Virus record (IMG/VR): IMGVR_UViG_3300045988_146916
Length of the DNA stretch: 11,313 bases
Strand: one strand, 5' to 3'
Source of the DNA: a virus
Below the pieces are notes generated by a model that was not told where the DNA came from, did not search any database, and saw only the letters and a program-made list of their open reading frames with translations. Positions 5,529 through 11,313 of the stretch are shown in pieces (position 1 is the first letter of the stretch; every line of letters starts with the position of its first letter). The position numbers and the translations under genes are program-made.

Positions 5529-6671
5529 ATGAGCGATGTTAAACAGATTTATACAATTGTAAACGAGGTGGCAAAACAGGCTTGGGGAGAAAGTGCGTTA
5601 GCGGTAATTGATACCGCAAGTTTTATTTCTTTAGGGGATACGGTATTATCTTCCACTACAGATACTGACGTATTTTTAAATGCGTTAGTCGATAGAATCG
5701 GAAAAACGGTATTTTCAATGAGAAAATACAGTCGAAATAGAAACACAATGGCAAGAGAACCTTTTGAATACGGTTGTATTTTACAGAAGATTACCGTTGA
5801 ACCACCAGAAGCGAAAGAAAATAACGCTTGGAAAATCGGTGACGTTGCATATACTCCAACATATGCACCAGTTATTAAAAGCAACGTGAAGCAGAAAATT
5901 TTTAATAAAGTTTCAACTTGGGAGATTGATGTCACTATTCCAGATTATCAGCTTAGAACTGCTTTCACCAATGAGACAGAAATGGCGGTTTTAATTGACG
6001 CTATCTTCACATCAATGGATAACCGCATGGAACAGGCATTAGAAAGTTGTGGAGATTTAACAAGAGCGAATTTCATCGCAAGAAAAATTAAATCAGCGAA
6101 GCCTTGCGGTGCTATTAACCTCTTGCATAATTACAACACATTAACAAACCAGACTTTAACAGTTGACACCGCTTTAATGAATAAGGAGTTTTTAAGATAT
6201 GCAATTGGTCAGATTAATCTTTGGATTCCGAGGATGGCGAAAATATCTACCTTATTCAATGAAGATGGATTTCATCGTTTCACGCCAGATGACCGCCTTG
6301 TGGTAAATATCTTAAATGATTTTGTAGAGCAAGTGAAAACAGTTTTGCAGTCAGATACTTGGCATGATGAACTTGTAAAACTTCCATTATATGAATCCGT
6401 ACCATATTGGCAGGGAACGGGAACGGATTATGCATTCGATTCAACGAGTGCCATTAATGTAAAAATTGATGATGCCACAACCGTAGAAGAAAGCGGTATT
6501 ATAGCGGTGTTTTACGACTATGATGCAATGGGAACTTCCATTGTAGAAAGACGTAGTTCTTCAGAGCGGAATAACAAGGATGAATATACCGATTACTATA
6601 ATAAAGCCAACATGGGTTATTTTAATGATATGTCGGAAAATGGTATTGTGTTCTACATGAAAGAAGTTTAA
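5529..6671 (+). CDS. Major capsid protein, 380 aa
   Basis: Size, position upstream of the connector gene, a good SD (GAGGA, 8-nt spacing), and the strongest intrinsic terminator in the genome immediately after it. In my recollection its N-terminal region resembles the major head proteins of small podoviruses. Not verified by any search. Confidence 0.75.
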   Translation: MSDVKQIYTIVNEVAKQAWGESALAVIDTASFISLGDTVLSSTTDTDVFLNALVDRIGKTVFSMRKYSRNRNTMAREPFEYGCILQKITVEPPEAKENNAWKIGDVAYTPTYAPVIKSNVKQKIFNKVSTWEIDVTIPDYQLRTAFTNETEMAVLIDAIFTSMDNRMEQALESCGDLTRANFIARKIKSAKPCGAINLLHNYNTLTNQTLTVDTALMNKEFLRYAIGQINLWIPRMAKISTLFNEDGFHRFTPDDRLVVNILNDFVEQVKTVLQSDTWHDELVKLPLYESVPYWQGTGTDYAFDSTSAINVKIDDATTVEESGIIAVFYDYDAMGTSIVERRSSSERNNKDEYTDYYNKANMGYFNDMSENGIVFYMKEV

Positions 6672-6678
6672 CAATTAG

Positions 6679-6711
6679 ATACTGGGGTATTAATTGCCCC
6701 AGTATTTTTTT
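6679..6711 (+). terminator. Rho-independent terminator after the capsid gene
   Basis: A 9-bp stem, ATACTGGGG (6679-6687) pairing with CCCCAGTAT (6697-6705), a 9-nt loop, then a T7 run (6705-6711). Confidence 0.8.
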
Positions 6712-6714
6712 AGA

Positions 6715-6730
6715 GTTTCGATGTCGAAAC
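6715..6730 (+). promoter_or_regulatory. Copy 4 of the 16-bp palindrome (GTTTCGATGTCGAAAC)
   Basis: Lies 4 nt after the terminator T-run and 13 nt upstream of the portal ATG (6744), with SD GGAG (6736-6739) in between. Confidence 0.6.
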
Positions 6731-6743
6731 GGAAAGGAGAAAA

Positions 6744-7637
6744 ATGTCCAAGACGATTATAGAAAAGATTATCGAATCAGAACAAAAAGAGATGTCACTT
6801 GCGGATATTTATGTTGATAATGTTAATTTGCTTTTTGAAAAATGTGTAAGAATTTTTAAATGGAATGAAGTTCCTAAAAATTTACCGCAAAGAGAAATTG
6901 AAAAGTACGCTATTGCACTTGGTTTTTGTGGTTTCGTAAATGATAAAAAATGCGGATATATGGTATCGAATGGTGGGATGTCTGGACCGACACAGTACGA
7001 TGATGTGTTTAAAAATTTTACATATTCCAGACCAACCGCAAAGGGTGGAACGGTCGCAATAGGTAAAGAGTGTGTAATAATACGAAATACTTCTATGATG
7101 AATCCATTATCTGGATTAATCAGAAGAACCGCAAGCCAGTTAGCACACGCTGACATCACACTAAGAGCGGCTCTTATAAATTACCGTGCAAACGAAGTTC
7201 TTTCTGCTGAAGATGATTCCACCGCTGAAAGTATTAACTTGTATTACAGTTCTTTATATGAGGGAAAATTAAAAGCTATTGTGGATTCTGGATTAATAGA
7301 CGGGGTTAAAAATTTATCAAGTTCGAAGTCATATGCAGATTTATTAAAATTGACCGATGTTAAAAATGAAATCATGCGTTCGTTTTTTGCAGAAATCGGA
7401 ATTAGACAAAAGTCTGATAAAAGAGAACGTCTTGTAACGGAAGAAGTGGAAAGCGATTCGATGATGTTATTGTTTAATATCCATGATATGTTAGAACAAA
7501 GACAAAAAGCATGTGAAGAAATTAATAATATTTTTAATTTGAATATGTCTGTAGAATTATCAGAAGAATGGAATTATTTAAAAAAGGAAAGAGGTGTTAA
7601 AGATGAAATTAGCGGAATATCTGGAAAAGACGATTGA
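6744..7637 (+). CDS. Head-tail connector / portal (upper collar), phi29 gp10-like, 297 aa
   Basis: The size is typical (about 300 aa). FKWNEVPKNLPQREIEKYAIALGFCGFV...SNGGMSG and RERLVTEEVESD...ACEEINNIFNLNMSV resemble conserved gp10 connector blocks as I remember them. Confidence 0.85.
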   Translation: MSKTIIEKIIESEQKEMSLADIYVDNVNLLFEKCVRIFKWNEVPKNLPQREIEKYAIALGFCGFVNDKKCGYMVSNGGMSGPTQYDDVFKNFTYSRPTAKGGTVAIGKECVIIRNTSMMNPLSGLIRRTASQLAHADITLRAALINYRANEVLSAEDDSTAESINLYYSSLYEGKLKAIVDSGLIDGVKNLSSSKSYADLLKLTDVKNEIMRSFFAEIGIRQKSDKRERLVTEEVESDSMMLLFNIHDMLEQRQKACEEINNIFNLNMSVELSEEWNYLKKERGVKDEISGISGKDD

Positions 7638-8355
7638 CCAACCTTTTATATTAGATACGATTTTTAAAACTTGCTTTGCGAATCTACCGGATGATTTCAA
7701 TAACAAGATTACTGACTTCGCAAAAGAAAACTATGGAATGAGAACTATAAGGGGTAGTATTACTGTATGTCGAACCGATGAAGAAATCAAGGACAAAATC
7801 AATGCATTGTGTACGACCGTAGCATTTGACAACGCTTATGGCTTAAATGTGCTTTATAAAACACTGAACCTCGATTATAATCCAATTGAGAATTATAATA
7901 TGAAAGAAGAAATAACCGACACTGGAAAAGTCAGTCATTTAAATATCACCGATTCCACGAACATGGAAAAAAATACTGGAACAGTCTCCAGTGTGAATAG
8001 TAATTCTATGAACAATGGCGAAACAGTTAATACAAGCGTTGCCAGTAAAACCCCTTTTGATGATGATGCCATGACAGATACAGAAAAAAACGTGACTACA
8101 GGAAATGCTGTTGTAAATTCTGAATCTGGAAACGCAACCACAACTAATAATCTGAACAATGAAACTGTCTTTCATAATACAGATGATAACGTGGAAGAAC
8201 GGAACTTGAAACAGACGCATACCAGAACTGGAAACATCGGAATAATGACCACACAAGACATGATAAAACAGGAGCGAGAAGTCGCTGAATTTCATTTTTT
8301 ATCAATATTCACAAGAAAAATAATCGGAGCTATTTGTCTGGGGGTGTATTTATGA
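7603..8355 (+). CDS. Lower collar / tail tube protein (phi29 gp11-like), 250 aa
   Basis: ATG 7603 with SD GGAAAGAGG ending 8 nt upstream is preferred to the track's GTG at 7594. It follows the connector gene. It has LDYNPIENY and TGNIGIMTTQDMIKQE motifs typical of lower collar proteins, and a central N/T/S-rich segment. Confidence 0.6.
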   Translation: MKLAEYLEKTIDQPFILDTIFKTCFANLPDDFNNKITDFAKENYGMRTIRGSITVCRTDEEIKDKINALCTTVAFDNAYGLNVLYKTLNLDYNPIENYNMKEEITDTGKVSHLNITDSTNMEKNTGTVSSVNSNSMNNGETVNTSVASKTPFDDDAMTDTEKNVTTGNAVVNSESGNATTTNNLNNETVFHNTDDNVEERNLKQTHTRTGNIGIMTTQDMIKQEREVAEFHFLSIFTRKIIGAICLGVYL

Positions 8356-8795
8356 ATCTGATTTTTTATGTTAACGTTAGCGAACGTTACGCATTAAATA
8401 AAAATTTAACTGAAATTTTTCGGACAACTGGAAAATTAAAAGAAAATACTGATATTATAAATCCTATTTATATTTTGAAAAAATCAAATAACTTACAATC
8501 TGTAAATTACTGTTTCGATGTCGATACAGGACGTTATTATTTTATTCAGAATGTGAAAAAAAATATAGGCGGATTTTGGGAAGTGGAGTGTTCAGTTGAT
8601 GTATTAATGAGTTTTCGAGACGGAATAAATAATCTTGACATCGTGGCGAAAAGGCAGGAAAATACTTATAATACTTATCTGAACGACCCAGAATTTAAAA
8701 CGTACAATTATCCGAGAATCACACAAAAGAAATTTCCGATTGGATTTACAAGTGATTCTCATATCATTCTTACGGTGGCAGGGGGTGTATCTTAA
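8352..8795 (+). CDS. Structural protein, 147 aa, resembling the N-terminal domain of tail-knob (phi29 gp9-like) proteins
   Basis: ATG 8352 overlaps the upstream stop (ATGA), so I prefer it to the track's TTG at 8334. The pattern NY.F....G.YYF...V........VE..VDVL.SF recalls the gp9 N-terminal region. That resemblance is from memory. Confidence 0.45.
   Translation: MNLIFYVNVSERYALNKNLTEIFRTTGKLKENTDIINPIYILKKSNNLQSVNYCFDVDTGRYYFIQNVKKNIGGFWEVECSVDVLMSFRDGINNLDIVAKRQENTYNTYLNDPEFKTYNYPRITQKKFPIGFTSDSHIILTVAGGVS
8512..8527 (+). promoter_or_regulatory. Copy 5 of the 16-bp palindrome (GTTTCGATGTCGATAC, one mismatch), intragenic
   Basis: Encodes CFDVDT in the 147-aa ORF, in the same codon phase as the other coding copies. 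Confidence 0.35.
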
Positions 8796-10537
8796 TGGCG
8801 GTTAAACGTGAATATATTAAATTTAAAAATGGTGATTGTAAAATGTGTGGTTCGGGGTGTGGTGTCATGTTTGACAACGCCAGCACGACCGCTAAAAATG
8901 CTAGCGGTCAAAATTTTACTATTTATTATGAAAATAAATACACCTATCCGAATTATCGGGGTGATGATATACGTCAGTTCATAAAAATGAATGACGTAAA
9001 AGCAGGGGATATAATTTACACCTTAAAAAATGGAGCGTATTGTAAAGTTGAAACCATAGAAAAAACGGAGAGTCGGTCTTATTCATATTATAGAACCGTT
9101 CATAGTTCATTAACAAAAGACGGATTAATAAATAAATTGAAAAGTTTATATAATACGGACGCTTATAATTATGTCGTTGATTATTACAGTGCGACACTTC
9201 AATTAATTGACCAGTACGGAAACAATGTTACTTCAAAAATTCATATCAGCAACACCGAGGGATTGGCTGTTTTAAGAAATAATTTACCGATGAAAATTTA
9301 CATACATCCGAATTTATCAACGCCAGACGTGCCCTCAACTGGAGTTAATTCTTTTTTAAGTAATGTCGTAGACCCAGACCATTTAACGACCGAATATTAT
9401 AGCCAGACAGATGAGAGAAACCCCTTTATATTTACACCCGATGCAAGTCGGATAACATTCGGCTGGATTAATGGAGCATTTGCTTATGAATTTGCGAAGT
9501 ACACCGAAAATTTACAAGAAAAAAATGAGGGCGAGGACACAGGCGGCGAATCTACTCCAGGTGGTCAGAACGGAAATTTTGACGATACGTCAGACAATAT
9601 TGATGTCCCAACTTTACCAGCAACAAATGCAAGTTCTTGTGGTATGGTAAAAATGTATGAGTTGGATTTAGGACAGACAAAGGCACTCGCTAGTTATTTA
9701 TGGAGCGGAGCTAAAGAGTTTTACGAGAATTTAACAAAAATGTTCAATGACCCTATGGACAGTATCATCTCATTATCACTAGCACCGATTCAGCCGAGCG
9801 TCGGAAGTTCGACTATTATTGAGATATGCAAGTATGCTATTAATAATGTAACTGGCAATCCTTTAACTTCTCAATATGCTAGTTTGAATTGCGGAACTGT
9901 CAAAATAAGTCCGTACTGGGGCAATGCCTTAGACTATGCGCCATATACAAAGGCTAGTATATATTTGCCTTTTATCGGTACGCAAGAATTAAATATTGAT
10001 GATGTTATGAATCGTACTGTAGGGGTTATTTACAACATTGACTTGCTTTCTGGAGCTTGCGCTTGCTTGATTACTTGTGACGGTTCCGTTATGTATAATT
10101 TCTCGGGAAATGTTATTTCTCAAATTCCCGTATCTGGAAAAAACGCATTGGAAATGTATAAGTCGGTTATTAGTGCAGTAACGAACACTGCCTTAGCGAT
10201 TGGAACTGGGGCAGGTGGCGTTGCCTTGGCTGGGGATGTTGTATCGAATGGTCTTTCTGTCATGGGTTCAAAAATGACCGTTCAAAGGGGTGGTACAATT
10301 TCCGCTACTAATGGAGTGCTTGGCGTAAAGTTTCCATACATTACAATTTTAAGGGCGAACCAGTCTTTGCCAGCTGACTTTCATTACTTCAAGGGGTATC
10401 CGAGCAATATTACAGGTAAAGTATCGTCATTCAGCGGCTATACAGAGGTCGAATACGTTCATGTTACTGGAATAAATGCAACTGAAAACGAGTTAGAAAT
10501 GATTGAGAATATCTTGAAAGAGGGATTCATAATTTGA
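8795..10537 (+). CDS. Tail protein, 580 aa: novel N-terminal domain, acidic/Gly linker, and a tail-knob (gp9-like) C-terminal region
   Basis: The ATG overlaps the upstream stop (TAATG). A C-x2-C-x3-C cluster lies at 8837-8860. The linker EKNEGEDTGGESTPGGQNGNFDDTSDN falls at about 9515-9640. A Gly/Ala-rich hydrophobic segment ALAIGTGAGGVALAG lies at about 10162-10270. The C-terminal YFKGY...VEYVHVTG..ATENELEMIENILKEG pattern resembles the end of gp9-type knob proteins. Confidence 0.65.
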   Translation: MAVKREYIKFKNGDCKMCGSGCGVMFDNASTTAKNASGQNFTIYYENKYTYPNYRGDDIRQFIKMNDVKAGDIIYTLKNGAYCKVETIEKTESRSYSYYRTVHSSLTKDGLINKLKSLYNTDAYNYVVDYYSATLQLIDQYGNNVTSKIHISNTEGLAVLRNNLPMKIYIHPNLSTPDVPSTGVNSFLSNVVDPDHLTTEYYSQTDERNPFIFTPDASRITFGWINGAFAYEFAKYTENLQEKNEGEDTGGESTPGGQNGNFDDTSDNIDVPTLPATNASSCGMVKMYELDLGQTKALASYLWSGAKEFYENLTKMFNDPMDSIISLSLAPIQPSVGSSTIIEICKYAINNVTGNPLTSQYASLNCGTVKISPYWGNALDYAPYTKASIYLPFIGTQELNIDDVMNRTVGVIYNIDLLSGACACLITCDGSVMYNFSGNVISQIPVSGKNALEMYKSVISAVTNTALAIGTGAGGVALAGDVVSNGLSVMGSKMTVQRGGTISATNGVLGVKFPYITILRANQSLPADFHYFKGYPSNITGKVSSFSGYTEVEYVHVTGINATENELEMIENILKEGFII

Positions 10538-10680
10538 GTGATTTAGAAATTGACTTAGCAATTGAAAAAGACGCTAACGAGTTTATTAATTTTATCGAGT
10601 GGGCGGTTGATAATAATTTGATGATAAGACAAGAAGACTGGAACGCTTACTTAGAATTGATAAAAAATAAAGAGGGGTGA
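10534..10680 (+). CDS. Hypothetical acidic 48-aa protein (TTG start)
   Basis: TTG 10534 is preceded by AAGAGGG (ending 10524) at 9-nt spacing and overlaps the stop of the tail gene. The frame is open to TGA 10678-10680, which lies inside the terminator stem. It falls below the ORF-track length cut-off. Confidence 0.4.
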   Translation: MSDLEIDLAIEKDANEFINFIEWAVDNNLMIRQEDWNAYLELIKNKEG

Positions 10681-10693
10681 AAACCCCTCTTTT
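10669..10693. terminator. Bidirectional rho-independent terminator between convergent genes
   Basis: AAAGAGGGG (10669-10677) pairs with CCCCTCTTT (10684-10692) around a TGAAAA loop (GAAA tetraloop if T10678-A10683 pair). T-rich tracts follow on both strands: CTTTTCT on + and TTATTTTTTA on -. Confidence 0.8.
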
Positions 10694-10855
10694 CTAACTT
10701 ACAATTGTTATTGTTCCGTTATCTAATGAATCTTTAGAATAAGTGGTTGTGCTACCGTCATCAAAAATAACCACTAAACAACCGTTTATAAATGTCACGT
10801 TTTTTACCTCGTCAATCGTGTAAAATGTTGATTCTGTTTTTACTATTAATTTCAT
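10694..10855 (-). CDS. Hypothetical 53-aa protein (MKLIVKTESTFYTIDEVKNVTFINGCLVVIFDDGSTTTYSKDSLDNGTITIVS)
   Basis: Translated by hand from the minus strand and absent from the ORF track. ATG is at 10855-10853 and TAG at 10696-10694. It exactly fills the space between the right ITR promoter plus palindrome and the bidirectional terminator. Confidence 0.5.
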   Translation of the reverse strand: MKLIVKTESTFYTIDEVKNVTFINGCLVVIFDDGSTTTYSKDSLDNGTITIVS

Positions 10856-10869
10856 ATCCTTTTACCTTG

Positions 10870-10885
10870 GTTTCGACGTCGAAAC
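10870..10885 (-). promoter_or_regulatory. Copy 6 of the 16-bp palindrome (GTTTCGACGTCGAAAC, perfect)
   Basis: Lies 10 nt inside the ITR-R boundary, about +5 to +25 relative to the ITR promoter. It is 14 nt upstream of the minus-strand ATG at 10855. Confidence 0.6.
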
Positions 10886-10895
10886 TCCTTTCCTT

Positions 10896-11313
10896 TGATT
10901 ATATCTTACCTCCATTCCACCAATAAATCAACCCATTTTCAAATATTCGCACTAGAAAGATTATTTCATAAACTATCAGACAATTCAGAATCTTACATGA
11001 CTTGTTAGACAATTCAGAATCTTACATGACTTATCAGACAATTCAGACTATTCAATCAATTCAGACAATAAAGCAAGTTGTCTGACAATTCGAATCTTCA
11101 AATGTTTCACGTGAAACATATTGATATTGCACTTCGAACTTCATTCTTCGGGTTTGCCCTTTGTAAAAATATCCGTCCGCTTGCTTTATCACGTTAGCGC
11201 ATTAAAGCGTTAATGCGTTAATGCGTTAATGCGTTAGCACGTTAACACGTTAACACTTTACCACGTTAAAGTGGGAAAGGATTCCGAACGTATGTTCTAT
11301 AGAGGGGGTATCC
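10896..11313. repeat. Right inverted terminal repeat (ITR-R), 418 bp
   Basis: Exact reverse complement of 1-418, ending at the last base of the window. If a 3-nt indel is allowed (TCA, left 419-421), another 7 nt (AAGGAAA) also match. Confidence 0.95.
10898..10931 (-). promoter_or_regulatory. Sigma-70-like promoter at the inner edge of ITR-R, firing inward (leftward)
   Basis: Mirror image of 383-416, with the same TTGATT-17-TAAGAT/TATAAT arrangement on the minus strand. Confidence 0.5.

Noticed and set aside
4973-5531. Identical 11-nt gene junctions TTGAAAACATG at 4973-4983 and 5521-5531
   Set aside because: Both are simply SD, stop (TGA), short A-rich spacer and ATG contexts. The match is short and explained by similar translational-coupling signals rather than a distinct element.
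1592-7637. Alternative genetic code (TGA = Trp, as in Mycoplasma phage P1)
   Set aside because: TGA terminates several genes exactly where the next SD and start occur (1592-1594, 4974-4976, 5185-5187, 5522-5524, 7635-7637). Trp is encoded by TGG, and no long ORF needs TGA read-through.
3706-8351. Non-ATG starts proposed by the ORF track (GTG 3706, GTG 7594, TTG 8334)
   Set aside because: In each case a downstream ATG (3721, 7603, 8352) has a properly spaced SD or an ATGA overlap with the preceding stop. The upstream alternatives have none.
8756-8797. Programmed -1 frameshift at the G5 run (8781-8785) fusing the 147-aa and 580-aa ORFs
   Set aside because: The sequence A GGG GGT is not a canonical X XXY YYZ slippery heptamer, and I saw no downstream stimulatory structure. 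The TAATG stop/start overlap with an upstream G-rich SD is an ordinary coupling junction. A sequencing indel cannot be excluded without reads.
8831-9070. NlpC/P60- or CHAP-type peptidase in the N-terminus of the 580-aa protein (GDCKMCGSG ... KAGDIIY)
   Set aside because: The Cys context does not match the D-C-S-G signature, and no downstream catalytic His is found at the expected distance. The resemblance is too weak to claim without a profile search.
1336-9197. Nine antisense ORFs in the track (1336-1542, 2759-3019, 2952-3143, 5164-5352, 5549-5935, 6809-7159, 7935-8159, 7939-8295, 8979-9197)
   Set aside because: Each lies wholly inside a well-supported plus-strand gene, lacks a ribosome-binding site and has low-complexity hydrophobic composition typical of shadow ORFs.
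1-11313. ITRs as transposon or IS terminal inverted repeats, or a casposon/polinton-like integrated element
   Set aside because: There is no transposase or integrase, no flanking host sequence and no target-site duplication visible. The window ends exactly at the repeats, and the cargo is a full phi29-type virion and protein-primed replication module.

Overview
The window starts and ends exactly at a perfect 418-bp inverted terminal repeat: 1-418 is the reverse complement of 10896-11313, checked base by base. Between the repeats is a compact, low-GC gene set that is almost entirely on the + strand. In order it contains a small early ORF, a basic 193-aa ORF (candidate terminal protein) overlapping a 707-aa protein-primed family-B DNA polymerase, a 61-aa ORF, and a phi29 gp16-like packaging ATPase. 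These are followed by a very acidic PEEPE-repeat protein, a 3-TM holin, the major capsid protein with a strong terminator, a phi29 gp10-like connector (portal) and a lower-collar-like protein. The set ends with a tail-knob homologue that seems to be spread over two abutting ORFs, then a convergent pair of tiny ORFs sharing a bidirectional terminator. I read this as the complete linear genome of a very small (11,313 bp) phi29-like (Picovirinae-type) podovirus with standard genetic code, not as a chromosomal region. Six things are not explained by ordinary annotation. (1) A 16-bp palindrome GTTTCGAYRTCGAAAC occurs six times; four copies sit 12-15 nt upstream of start codons, and the three copies inside ORFs (one of which doubles as an upstream copy) are all read in the same phase. 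(2) The ITR is highly structured, with 11 tandem octamers, an 18-bp palindrome, five 14-mer iterons and an inward-facing promoter whose -10 box marks the exact end of the repeat. (3) An intergenic tRNA-like acceptor/T-arm minihelix is present. (4) I can recognise a holin but no endolysin or tail-fibre gene. (5) The tail knob is split and rearranged, with a novel Cys-cluster N-terminal domain. (6) The right end holds a roughly 200-nt promoter-to-terminator unit. All protein family calls rest on motif recognition by eye. No database search was run.
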